Origin: Convolutriloba macropyga
Taxonomy: Eukaryota
NCBI RefSeq assembly: GCF_964194025.1
Contig: NC_134478.1
Span: 33,728,001-33,792,000 of the forward strand
Length of the DNA stretch: 64,000 bases
Reading direction: 5' to 3'
Shown: piece by piece, positions 38,101 through 51,070 of the stretch
Numbering within the stretch: the first letter of the stretch is position 1
How the letters are laid out: each line of letters starts with the position of its first letter
Made by a program: the position numbers and the translations under genes
Notes under the pieces: generated by a model
Told to the model about the DNA's origin: nothing
What the model saw: only the letters and a program-made list of their open reading frames with translations
The model's database searches: none

Positions 38101-38159
38101 CTCGTGTTCTCAGTGACAGTTCGATTAGCGCCGTCGTGGAGGAAGGAAGTGTGCACTGA
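35112..38159 (+). mobile_element. Decayed ORF of a CRE-clade (restriction-like endonuclease) non-LTR retrotransposon: PHD finger, RT, zinc knuckle, RLE
   Basis: RT motifs ALDKCPGVKPIGIGEVMRR, LLIDAKNAFN, QEGTTQGDPLAMAMY and YAND (from YADD), then LPLRMGGL. C-terminal HALHC..GGYTHLRHNEIRD, ARLDI, FFDVKIFNP and ISFALLR..VLCLRG. Several stops and frameshifts. Confidence 0.9.
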
Positions 38160-38639
38160 GTGTATGGCTGCTTAAGCTTATTTCTTTGCTCCTTCCTTGA
38201 TATCCTATTTTTATTTTAATCCTTCCTTACCAGTTCCTTGTGTGTGCTATTTATGTATATTGATGCTTTCCTCTCCACTTGCTAATTATTTTTGTGAATC
38301 GGCCGTCTTTACACTGTCTGGAGGGGAACAGATTGGAGTGCAGCATCCGGCTAAGTGCTACTCATCATTCCTTGTGTTCCGACCTACATCCATCGTTGCC
38401 GGATGGTGTACACTGTCCTTTTTATATTATAACACTCGTGGTATCAATTGTAGCTCCTATCATTGAATTTGTGATAAACTTTTATCAATTTTGATTTTGT
38501 TCGCTCATTCTCAGGTATGTGCTTGTTTAAGATGTTCATAAGTCGCGCAGTCCGTGTCCAAAAATTTGTATCGGTTTTCTTCAACCTGTTAGAAGGAACC
38601 TCGAAATTTCGTTTTGCCGCGTTTCTAATGATCTGGATT

Positions 38640-40095
38640 TAAGTTTGTCGTTCAAATCTAGAGCATAAAACTCATTGAAATCAAGGAATAAATGAAAATG
38701 TTTGCACAAAGTATCGAAAAATCAAACCAAATGATAGAGACCGTAAAACTTGACCTCAGTGAACTGAAAAAACCAAAAAGTTACGCCCAGTCCCTTGGAA
38801 ATGTAACAAAAGCTGCGACTAAATCAGAATTTCATAGCACAAAATTAAATGACGGTTTCGGTATATGCGTCCGTGGAGTACCTGAGCTCACGTCAAAATT
38901 GGCCGGTGAACAAATTCACGCTGAGGTGGCGGCTGTAGAAGAGATGCTGGACTTTCTCAACATTGAAGTCAAGAAACTTAGCAAAATTCACCGCTTTGGA
39001 TAATACGAATCCACAAAGTCAGTCCCACGCACGCTTCTGATACATCTAGAAAACCCAATCAGCAAAGACCTAGTACTGATATCTGCTTATCGCTTAAGGG
39101 ATTCCAACAAGCAAGTCTTCGTGAGCCCTGAGTTGTCACCAGTCCATGCTAAGAATGAAAACGAATATCTGAAAACCCACCGAAAACCATAGACGAAAAT
39201 AAATTTGATCGCAAAGAAGTTTGTATTCGAAATGTAACAGTGGAAGTAAAGGTAGATGTTGCATGGGTGACCAACACCGACTCCAACGCAAACAATGAAG
39301 ACTCTTCTTCAGAAGATGAAGATGGGTCTTAACTAACCTCAATCAAAATGCTAACGTTTAACGTCAGAAACCTTCTAAGCCTGGATAGAAGAGTGGTGTT
39401 CTCAAACGCAATCGCAACTCTGAAATACGATCTCCTTCGTCTGACAGAAACTTGGCTCACACCACATGTGCCAAATACTGCATTGTTCTTGCCAAATTAT
39501 AGCATATATCGAAAAAATATGGACCCAGATATGTTCACTTCTAAACATGGCGGTGTTCTAATAGGAATCTGAAATCAGATTGAACATGAGCAAGTAAACC
39601 TAAGCATAGTACATGACGATTATGTGGCAATCAAAATCTACAATAAACCAAAACCTATACTAATCTGCTGTGTCTACAATCCATCCACTGGAAGTCCATT
39701 CATGCGGTCATCTGGACAACTATCAAACCTACTTGATGAAATTGAATTAATACGCTCAAATCAGATCTTTGAAAACATGATACTGACGGGAGAAATAAAT
39801 TTTCCAAAACTGAATGGGAATTAATGAGCTCAAGTGATGATTATGAGAACGCATTCATTGAAAAATTGTTTGAATTAAATTTGTCAAACATTGCTAAGAG
39901 ACAATTTGATGTAGTTCTAGTCAACACCCTCGACCCAAATGTAAGCTGCGACCTGGACGATAATCTTTTTTCTAAATACCCCACAAATCAAAAAACCTTG
40001 CTCTGACAAGATCCTCGAAGCAAACATTCCTAAAGTCAGGTGACATCGCGCCTCACTTCCCCCGTGGGTAGCACCATCAACATCCTATCTAATCA
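38640..40095 (+). mobile_element. CR1-group LINE remnant: ORF1 C-terminal half plus APE endonuclease, RT deleted, putative 3' UTR retained
   Basis: ORF1-like GICVRGVPE...IHRFG. APE motifs LTFNVRNL, LTETWL, HGGVLI, CCVYNP and LTGEINFP. CCCGTGGG motif at 40061. Confidence 0.8.
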
Positions 40096-40099
40096 AGAA

Positions 40100-42250
40100 A
40101 CTGGAAACTAAAAAGAAACGATGGCAGACAATGAATCTGAACAGGACCCTCAAATTAAAGAAACTTGCGAAACAAATATCAATTGAAATGGAGAAAGATC
40201 AATCAAATTTTTAGCCGTCGTCATGAGATGATATGTGCTTGGCGAGATCCACGGGGGAAGACTCGATCTATGATTGGTTATGCGAAGGACACATTTGTTG
40301 ATTATGACGCGTATACAGACATACCACTGACGCACGAGCTCATCAACATTACTATAGCAGTAGGGTTTGAAGTCATTTTCGGAAAAAAGTTTTTTGATGG
40401 TGATCCAGTCTGTTTTGTTGAAGGCGAGAAAAGATTTAGCAGTAGTCATGCATTTAGGCAGGTTAGTCCCAATTATTGTCTTGAAGGTATGTTGATCAGA
40501 CAGAGAGTAGAATCCTTCCAATTTTTTGTCGATAGCCAAGTATTCTATCCTTTCCCCATCTTGCGTTAGTAGAACATTGTGACTACGTGAATTCTGGCAG
40601 GGGAGGATTTGTTTAAAGTTGGAATGTTCCCGGAGGTCTAGTATGGCTGTTTCATAAGTGTTTTCTGACGTCAAAATTTCCCAATTTGCATGCTGGAATT
40701 TGATGTCCCCGTTAATTACCGAAGCAGTCACACTTTGCACGTTGATTTTTTCGAGGAATGTTTTGAGGGAGTTAAGCGGTAACCTCTAGGAACTGTTTTC
40801 GTGGGGATTGTAGATGCAGCTGATCAAGACTGACCCAATCACGGTGTTGAGATTAACATTAATATTTTGCGCGTTTCACTCCAAATTAAGAATACTGCAG
40901 TGTATGTGATTTTTTACTAATATTAAGACTCCACCATGTTTATTGTGTTTTTACTGTAGATCACAAAACTGGGAAGAAAAAGAGCATCATCAGGTATATC
41001 CGGGTCAGCCACGTCTCTGTAAGACAGAGAACGTCATAGTTTGTTCTTGCTACGCCGTCTGCAAAGCAGAATTGTCTGTTGAGGTCAACTAGGCTTTTGA
41101 CGTTGAACGTGAGTAGCTTGATTTCTGTCTGTGTTGATCATAGCCATTGGGATCTGGTGCCCTTCTCGCTTTCTATGTTTGTCCACTCCACTCAGTTCCT
41201 TTTTCTCTTGCAGCTTCAAGTTTCGTAATCATAGCACGTTGGGTTCTTTTCCTTTGTCCAGTAGCTGATGTCTCATTTTCAATACGGCGTTCTCCAGAAG
41301 TTGTTCCTCCTGGTTCAGCTCCCGGCTCAAATAGACCTTGTGTTCGTAGCTACCTAGCTTTTGATCTGAAAGTAAGACAAGTCTCTTCTAATGTTCATTT
41401 GCCAGTTTGATAAGAGTGGTTTTTGTTTTCTCTTTTTCAAAAGTGCCTAATCTCATCAGATCAGTAATTGGGCAGTCCAGTTGAAGAAAACTTAGGAGAG
41501 CTTTTACTTCGTTTGAGTCGTGCTCAAATCTCTTTTGAGTTTTCTGATTTCAATTCCGGGATTCCACGGAATCGAATGCGGTCGAACAATTTGTTAGCGG
41601 TTGGCTTTTTGACAACCTCTTTTTGTTTCATTCGAAGGACTTCTTCTGCAAACGGGGGCTTTTTCATTTCTGATCCAAAGGCGGTCAGTTATTCCCTGAT
41701 TTTATTAACAACGCTGAGAACTGAGCTTAACTTTGCGTTTTCCGTCGACTGACTCCATAAATGGTTTTTCATAATTCCATAATTCCAGCGAAGGTGTTGG
41801 CTCCTACGGAATCTTGGCTGTTGGCAATTTTATAGAGGATCTTGTCTTTTTGATTATTTTTGACACAGGTGTTGCAGAATGTCAGAAGATTTTGACTAAT
41901 TTCCATTAAAGCAAAGATGGATTTTTCGGAGATCCCCACGCAATACGGTTTCACATGCATCAAGTTTTTGCACCCAATGCAATTGAAAATAACTTTTCTG
42001 TTGCTGATTTTGCGGTCACAGACTGAGCAGAGAGTCTCGGATGATGACTTTTTGTAAGTTGATGCAAAACAGGCTGACGAGGAGCGGGACAATTGGTCAC
42101 TCACGTGTGTTCACTTCTTTGCGACTCCGAGGCGATGCCTCCGGGTTCACTAGATTAGTAATCTTTGTGAGAGAACAGAAGACACTTTTCCAAAAAACTG
42201 AATACTATTGCAATTCCGAGATAAACCTCCGGATTTACTGATAGAAAAAG
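40100..42250 (-). mobile_element. CR1-group LINE remnant (5' half): PHD-containing ORF1 plus APE endonuclease, truncated before the RT
   Basis: PHD CSVC...CIGC..MH...C...FCNTC (41769-42104) and RIRFRGIPE. APE motifs LTFNVKSL, INGDIKF and LSDQH, then LPPWISPST. Confidence 0.82.
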
Positions 42251-42289
42251 CTTAGGAAACCTTACAGTTAGCGTTTTCAAGCCTTCGGA

Positions 42290-42910
42290 TCTTCCGATTC
42301 GGCAAGTTGACGTTTCCTGATCCTGTCCTTCTGCCTTTTTTAGCTTCTTTTTCTATGAGCGCACCTTTTTGACGAGTCGTAGCAGGTTATGACTTACTCA
42401 ACACAGTATTTGGAATCAAGATTTTCTGTGCCTAACTCCGGATAAACTTGCGATAACTTGTACAGCAGCCCTCTTGTCTTGTAGCTGCTTCGGTGTAAGT
42501 TTATTTTCAACTTAAAGATTCAGAGTCCCTGTTTTCCGTAACTCGAGTGAGAGGCCAGGAGTGCCTTGCCTTCTCCTGTATACAATGGCTTCGACTAGAC
42601 CGAACTCATTGATGCTTTTAATTTTGTCGATGATTTGCGGTGTTTTAAGGGGGTTGTAACACTCGCCAGTTGCTTTTGTGCTCAGAGATGCTATTGTTTT
42701 ATACGTGGTGCCACATGACGGTTCTTGTAGCAAATTACCAGGTTGTTCTTGAGTAAGCTTTGGACAAATTTCTTTGTGTTGGGGTTCACGGACAGCCCAC
42801 GAATAGCAGTTGATTTTTTCCGGATTCTCTGTTTGTCTATTCGATACTTCAGATGTTGAGTCAGATGCCACCAACAGCTAGCTCGATCATTGCTTTTCAT
42901 AAAAATCAAA
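42290..42910 (-). mobile_element. Degenerate LINE ORF1-like remnant
   Basis: Fragments such as RIDKQRIRKKSTAIRGL resemble the LINE ORF1 coiled-coil/RRM boundary. Multiple frameshifts. Confidence 0.4.
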
Positions 42911-43213
42911 ATAAGAACATGTAGATAAGTTTTCCTCCGACAACGGGTGCGGACGAGTCCGTAGTCATATCAGTTCTAGGTCAAAATTACGCATTTGATA
43001 TATTCAAATACCAAATACGCAGTCTAGGCAACGGGTAAAGACAACAAATGACCAGATGATTCTCAAAATACAAAAAAATATGAACAGAACTTTACTACGC
43101 AAAAAGTAAACTAAGAAACAATGATCAGGGGATTGAAGAATTCATTTTCTTGCTCATAGCATTGTCAAAAAGAAAAAAGGTGAATTAGGAAAGACCCTCC
43201 CCTAAAAGGATAT

Positions 43214-46200
43214 TAGTGGTAGTAGTAAACGAGAAGGCTTCTGAAATTCATCCACGGGTGCTCCACACACTTCTTCGTCAGTTATACGAGCTTTGTGTGG
43301 ATGTTACAGTTCGTACAGAAGCATCAAACTCTCCAGCTAAAGATGTCGTTCTCCACAAATCGCTTCCTAAAAATTAGTGTGTAAATATTGCTTATCTTTT
43401 CTTTTCTTTTAGCATTGCTCTTTACATCTGTTATTCTTCGGAAAATGTTGTAAAAGAACGCTGTTCTTATCCAAAATTTTTCATCGATTTTACTTAGTCA
43501 TATTTTTGCAACAAAAACTTCATGTTTGCCTTGTCTCGTTCTTTGATTCGTATTGTAATTAATAAGGTGATTTATATTTATGTTGCATTCAACGTCGGCA
43601 ATATTACAGTAAAATAAGAGACTGTGGAGCTTACTCAGATTCAGCGTTAGAAGCCTGCTTTTGTAGTCGATGGAGTTTCCAAGGATCTAAATTCTTCCAT
43701 TTTTTCTGTAATTTCTCTAGCAAGTAAAGATCTCCTTTGTTAGGGTACCATAACTTGCTCGCGTATGATATATTGGAGACAAGGTAGCCTTTATACATGT
43801 TTAGTTTTTTAATGACTGACATTTTTTGGATATCTAGGTACAAGACCGCTAACTCCTCAGTCACCTTTTGGTCCATTGAAAGTGTAGATTTCATGAAGGA
43901 GACATAGAAGTTGGACAGTGGTTGAGCGTATTGGCCGTATTGAAACTGAATTGTGAGTCGTGAATCTGATCGTAACACAACTGAGAAAGCCGTCAAAACT
44001 AAAATCTTCAAAAATTTTTAATGGGCATGAGAGACACTTTTTTGTTCTGTAGTTATTGATGGAAGTCTTAATCTTGTCCTTATAAGTTGGTGTAATAACA
44101 CTTTCCTTCCATTACGTTACTTTCTTTCATTGAGGCAAGTTTTAAAATTAGAATGTAATGAGATACTCAGACTGGTTGAAAATTGTTTTAAGATCAGGTT
44201 TCCTATTCCGTCCAGATCTTTGCCTCTATTGATTTCTAGTATCTGCAAAATAAGACTAATTTGGTCTCGTGTGCTTGGTTATGAATTTTTAGGGAATTGT
44301 TGGTTGGTTTTTTGGTATGAGTGACTCCGCTCGTAACTATTAGAAAACTAGAAAAATTTTTGGTTAATTCTCACTTGTTGTTTTCTGTAAGTAAGATAGG
44401 CTGCAATGATGTCTAATGCTGTGTCGCTTAACGCCAGGGTAAATAGTTTCTCCAAAAATTTATTGTGGGGTACTTTGTTGAACTTTTTTGGAAAACTAGG
44501 AAGAAGTCCGCTAACTCCTCAGTCAACTTTTGGTCAATGAAAAGCATAGGTTTAAATGAAGGAAACAGAGAAGTTGAACAGTGGTTGAGCATTTCGGCTG
44601 TATTGAAACTGAATTGTGAGTCGTGAATCTGATCGTTAATACAATTGATAAAGCCGTCAAATCTTACATTTTCGAAACTTATTGATGGGCTCGAGAGACA
44701 GTTTATGGGTCTGTAGTTATTGATGGAAGTCTTGTTCCCGTCCTTATAAGTTGGTGTAATAACACTTTCCTTCCATTGGGAGGGATACATTCTTTTATTG
44801 AGAAATGTTTTAAAAATAGAATGTAATGACACACTCAGACTGGTTGAAAGTTGTTTTAGGATCAGGTTTCTTATACCGTCCAGAACTTTGCTTTTACTGA
44901 TGTGTAATATCTGCAAAATAGGGCCAATCTGATCTCATGTGCTTGGTTTTATGTTATGAAAATTATTAGGAAATTATTGGTAGCCTTTTGTTAGGGTGCC
45001 ATACCTCGCTTGCGTATGATATAAAGGGGACAACGTAGCCTTTATACACGTTAAGTTTGTTAATGACTGACGTTTTGTTTGATATATTTCTTTTTAGGTA
45101 CCAGATTGCTCGCATTGTTTTGAAAAAAAAACGTCTATTTGCATTGGCTGCTCAGGTGAAATTTTCCGTGACAAGGGCACCTAAATCTTTTTGCCAATTC
45201 AAGGGTTAAACGATTTGGTCACACATTTTCACTTGTCCAGTTTTTTTTGATAAAATTTATGCTACCATTGTCTTCGTCAAAAAAACATTTCGTTTTCTAG
45301 GCACGAGAAAAAAAATTTATTCAAAGTTTTTAAGAGCGAATTACAGTTGTTACTGAACAGATTGTAGTCGTCCGCATATTCATATGTAGGACTATTATCT
45401 ATCAGATCTTGGAGGTAATTTATATAGACAAGAAACAGTAGTGCCCAATGCAGGGACCCTTAACTGACTCAGCCCTTAACTTTTAAAAAACTAGAAAAAC
45501 TTTGGTTTACACTCACCAGTTGTTTCGGTCAGTAACGAAGTCTGCATTGATGTCTGATGCTTTGCCGCCTAATCCCATGGTAAATAGTTTCTCCAAAAGT
45601 TCATCGTGGTGTACTTTGTTGAAATCTTTTGGATATCTAGGTAGAAGACCGCTAACTCTTCTGTCAACTTTTGGTCATTGAAAGTGTAGATTTCCAAAAG
45701 GAAACAAAGAAGTTGGACAGTGGTTGAGCGTTTCGGCCGTATTGAAACCGAATTGTGAGTCGTGAATCTGATCGTTAAAACAATTAAAAAAGCCGTCAAA
45801 ACTTATATTTTTGAAACTTATTGATGGGCTCGAGAGACAGTTTATTGGTCTGTAGTAATTGATGGAAGCCTTGTTCCCGTCCTTATAAGTTGGTGTAATA
45901 AAACCTTCCTTCCATTGGGATACTTTTTAATATTGAGGCAGGTTTTAAAATTAGAGTGTAATAAGACACTCAGACTGGTCGAAAATTGTTTTAGGATCAA
46001 GTTTCCTATTTCGTCCAAGTTTTTGCCTTTACTGATGTCTAATATCCGCAAAAAAAGACTAATCTGATCGCGTGTGCTTGGTATTATGTTATGAATTTTA
46101 GGGAATGGCTGGTTAAATTTTTTAGTATGGGGGACTCCGCTCGCAGCTATTAAAAACTAGGAAAACTTTGGCTAATTCTCACTTGTTTTTTTCTGTCAGT

Positions 46201-49200
46201 AAGATAGGCTGCAATGATGTCTAATGCATAGTCGCTTTACGCCAGGGTAAAAAGTTTCTCCAAAAGTTTATTGTGGGGTACTTTGTTGAATTTTTTTGGA
46301 AAACTAGGGAGAAGACCGCCAACTCCTCAGTCGGTTTCTTTTATTGAGGCAGGTTTTAAAATTAGAATGGAATGAGACACTCAGACTGGTTGAAAGCTGT
46401 TTTAGGATCAGGTTTCTTATACCGTACAGACCTTTGCTTTTACTGATGTGTAATATCTGCAAAATAGGGCTAATCTGATCTCATGTGCTCGGTATTATGT
46501 TATGAAAGTTTTTAAGGAATTATTGGTTGCTTTTTGTTAGGGTGCCATACTTCGCTTGCGTATGATATAATGGGGACAACGTAGCCTTTATACATGTTAA
46601 GTTTGTTAATGACTGCCGTTTTGTGTGATATATTTCTTTTTAGGTACCGGAGTGCTCGCATTAGTTTGAAAAAACGTCTATTTGCATTGGCTGCTCGGAA
46701 GAAATTTTCCGTGACAACGACACCTAAGTCTTTTTGCCTGTTCACGGGTTTAACGATTTGGTCACACCCTTTCACTTGTCCACTTTTCTTGATAAAATTT
46801 ATGCTATATTGGTCTTCGTGAAAACATATTTCGTTTTCTAGGCATCAGAAAATTGGTTTATTCACATCTTTTTCTAGCGATTTACAGTTGTTACTGACCA
46901 GTTTCTAGTCGTCCGCATTTTCATATGTAGGACTATTATCTATTGAATCCTGGAGGTCATTTATATAATTAAGAAACAGTAGTGGCCCAATTAGGGACCC
47001 TTGACGGACTCCGCTCTTAACTTTCGAAAAACCAGAAAAATTTTGGTTTACTCTCACTAGTTGTTATCTGTCAGTAACCAAGTCTGCAGTGTTGTCTGAT
47101 GCTTTGCCGCCTAATCCCATGTTAAATAGTTTCTCCAAAAGTTTATTGTGGGGTACTTTGTTGAACGCTTTTCGGATATCAAGGTAGAAGACTGCTAATT
47201 CTTCAGTCAATTTTTGGTCACTGAAAGTGTAGATTTCATGAAGGAAACATAGAAGTTGGACAGTGGTTGAGCGTTTCGGTCGCATTGAAACTGAATTCTG
47301 AGTCGTGAATCTGATCGATAACACAATTGATAAAGCCGTCAAAACTTACATTTTTGAAATTTATTGATGGGCTCGAGAGACAGTTTATTGGTCTGTAGTT
47401 ATTGATGGAAGTCTATCCGTTGGTGTAATAACAATTTCCTTCCATTGGGATACTTTCTTTTATTGAGGCAGGTTTTAAAATTAGAATGTAATGAGACACT
47501 CAGACTGGTCGAAAATTGTTTTAGGATCAGGTTTCCTATTCCGTCCAGACCTTTGCTTTTGCTGATGTCTAATATCCGCAATAAAGACTAATCTGAACTC
47601 GTGTGCTTGGCATAATATTATGAATTTTAGGGAGGTGTTGGTTGAGTTTTTTAGTATGACGGACTTCGGTCGCAACAATAGGAAAACTAGAAAAACTTTA
47701 GTTAACTCTCACTTATTGCTTTCTGTCAGTACGATAGTCTGCAATGATGTCTAATGCTTTGTCGCTTAATCCGAGTGTAAATAAATTCTCCACAAGTTTA
47801 TCGTGGGGTACCTTCGTTGAACGTTTCTTGAAAATCTAAGTAGAAGACCGCTATCTCCTCAGTCGAATTTTGGACAATGAGAGTGTAGAATTCATGAAGG
47901 AAACATAAAAACTGGATAGTGGTTGAGCGTATCGGCCAAAAAGCGTATTGTGAGCCGTGAATCTGATCGTTAATACAATTAAAAAGGCGGTCGGAAAACA
48001 CTTTTTCAGAAAATTTTGATGGGCGTGAGAGACAATTTATTTGTCTGTAGTTATGGATGGCAGTCGTTTTCCCGTCCTTATAAGTTGGTGGAATAACACT
48101 TTCCTTCTATTGGGAGGGATACTTTCTTTTATTGAGTCAGGTTTTAAAAATAGAATGTAATGAGACACTCAGACTGGTTGAAAGCCGTTTCAGGATCAGG
48201 TTTTCTATTCCGTCCAGACCTTTGCTTTTACTGATGTCTAATATCTGCAAAATAAGACTAATCTGATCGCGTGTGCTTGGTATTATGTTATGAATTTTAG
48301 GGAATGGTTGGTTAAACTTTAGTATGGGGGACTCCGCTCGTAGCTATTAAAAACTAGAAAAACTTTGGCTAATTCTGACTTGTTGTTATCTGTCAGTAAG
48401 GTAGTCTGAAATGATCTCTAATGCTTTGTCGCGTAATGCCAGGGTAAATAGTTTCTCCAAAAGTTTATTGTGGGTTACTTTGTTGAACTTTCTTGGAAAA
48501 CTAGGTACAAGACCGCTAACTGCTCAGTCAGTTTTTGGTCATTGAATGTGTAGATTTCATGAAGAAAACATAAAACTTGGATAGTTGTTGAGCGTGTAGG
48601 CCGGAAAACGTATTGTGAATCGTGAATCTGATCGTTACTACATTTCAAAAGGCCGTCAAAAACTGTTTTTTTCAAAATTTTTGATGGGCGTGAGAGACAC
48701 TTTATTGGTCTGTAGTTTTTAATGGCAGTATTTTTCCCGTCATTGTAAGTTGGTGTAATAACACTTTCCTTCCATTGGGAGGGATACTTTCTTTTATTGA
48801 GGCAGGTTTTAAAAATAGAATGTAATGACACACTCAGACTGTTTGAAAGTTGTTTCAGGATCAGATTTCTTATTTTGTCCAGACCCGTGCTTTTACTGTT
48901 GTCTAATATCTGCAAAATAAGGCTAAATTGATCTCGTGTGCCTGTTATTATATCATGAAAATTTTTGGGGAATTGTTGGTTGCTTTTTGTTAGGGTTCCA
49001 TACCTCGCTTGCGCATGACATAATGGGGACAACATAGCCTTTATACATGTTAAGTTTTTTAATGACTGACGTTTTGTTTGATATATTTCTTTTTAGGTAC
49101 CACAGTGCTCGCATAGATTGAATAAACGTCTAATGGCATTGGCTGCTCAGTTGAAATTTTCCGTGACAACTACACCTAAATCTTTTTGCCTGTTCACGGT

Positions 49201-51070
49201 TTTAACGATTTGGTCACACATTTTCACTTGTCCTCTTTTCTTGATAAATGTTATGCTACATTTGTCTTCGTGAAAACGCATTTCGTTTTCTAGGCACCAT
49301 AAAAGTAGTTTATTCACATCTTTTTCGAGCAAAATACAGTTGACTGACCAGTTTTTAGTCGTCCGCATATTATCTATCAAATCTTGGAGGTCATTTATAT
49401 AAACAAGAAACATTAGTTGCCCAATTAGGGACCCCTGACGGACTCCGCTCTTAACTTTTGAAAAACCAGAAAAATTTTGGTTTACTCTCACTAGTTGTTA
49501 TCTGTCAGTAACAAAGTCTGCAATGATGTCTGATGCTTTGCCGCCTAATCCCAGGGTAAATAGTTTGTCCAAAAGTTCATCGTGGGGTAACTTATTGAAC
49601 GCTTTTGGGATATCTAGGTAGAAGACTGCAATGAGTTCTAATGCTTGGTCGCTTAATCCCAGTATAAATAATTTATGATGGGGTACTCTGTTGACGTATT
49701 TTGGAAATCTAAGTAGAAAACCGCTATCTCCTCAGTCAATTTTTGGTCAATGAGAGTGTAGAATTCATGAAGGAAACATAAAAGCTGGATAGTGGTTGAG
49801 CGTATCGGCCGAAAAGCGTATTGTGAGCCGTGAATCTGATAGTTAATACAATTAAAAAGGCGGTCGGAAAACACTTTTTCAGAAAACTTTGATGGGCGTG
49901 AGAGACAATTTATTTGTCTGTAGTTATGGATGGCAGTCGTTTTCCCTTCCTTATAAGTTGGTGTAATAACACTTTCCTTCTATTGGGAGGGATAGTTTCT
50001 TTTATTGAGTCAGGTTTTAAAAATAGAATGTAATGAGACACTCAGACTGGTTGAAAGCCGTTTCAGGACCAGGTTTCCTATTCCGTCCAGACCTTTGCTT
50101 TTACTGATGTCTGATATCTGCAATTTAAGGCTAATCTGATCTTGTGTGCTTGGTATTGTGTTATGAATATTATAGGGAACTGTTGGTTGGTTTTTTTGGT
50201 TTTCGAACTGATTACGTTATAGGAAAGCTAGTTGAAAAGTTCGGCTTTGTTCAAGTCGTCTGTTGCCCTGTTTCGAACACCAAACATGTCGCTCGGATAC
50301 GATGGTGCTTTTTTAACTGATCTTAGAAAACCTATCTTCTGTCGTTCTTTTAGGTATCAATTAAATGATTTTGGATAGAGTCTATTGGTTGTTGTTTCGT
50401 TCGTTTTTCGTTGCATTGTGCCTGACTTTATGATATGGTGTGACGTTTCTTTAGAGATCTAGGAAGGCATGTTTGCTGTGTGAGTTGTCAGATTTGGGAC
50501 GTTTTCATTCAATAGTTTGTTGAACCAGCTGTACCACTGATTCAAGAGCTTGTCAATATTACTCTAGCAGTACGGTTGAAAGGATCTCTCAAATTATCTC
50601 GTTTGGTTTTGCCAATTGACTTTGTTTAGAGCAAATTCTGACAGTCTATTTGTTTCTGATTTGTCAACAGAGACAAAGAATTTTGTTCGGAATGGATAGT
50701 GGCCTGAGCACTTAGCGTTACCCACTTTATTTTGGTTGCTTAGAAAGTTATCAGTGTTAGACCTTATCCGGAGCTGGGGCTCGTTTACCGAAAATATATC
50801 TAGTTGATTAATATTACCCTTTGAATCACTGAAATTAAATACATTTTTGAAGCTTAAATCAGCTGAGAATTTTAGACAGTCATTTTCATCCTCATCGCTT
50901 GAATGCATTTTTTCCCAGTCGGTGCTTACAAAAATGATATCACCTGTAACAATTTTTGAATGACATTCCATAGATTTTTTATTGTTTGTCACATGATGTG
51001 AAAAAACGCTGGAATGTGTGGAGATTCCATCTGTAGGGGTTGCTTTATGGTGGTTTATAAATACATGCAA
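43214..51070 (-). mobile_element. CR1-group LINE ORF2 with one APE end, one 3' end and a serially re-duplicated RT core (~8 copies)
   Basis: APE remnant IVTGD at ~50945. KSKGLDGIGNLILK...YPSQWKESVITP..NYRPI recurs at ~44170, 44835, 45970, 46380, 47500, 48170, 48830 and 50040. [10 protein letters not shown] and YASEVW motifs are present. Single (CTA)-like tail at 43214-43227. Confidence 0.9.

Noticed and set aside
35528-38156. Minus-strand ORFs within the CRE-like element
   Set aside because: Antisense shadows of the RT/RLE ORF.
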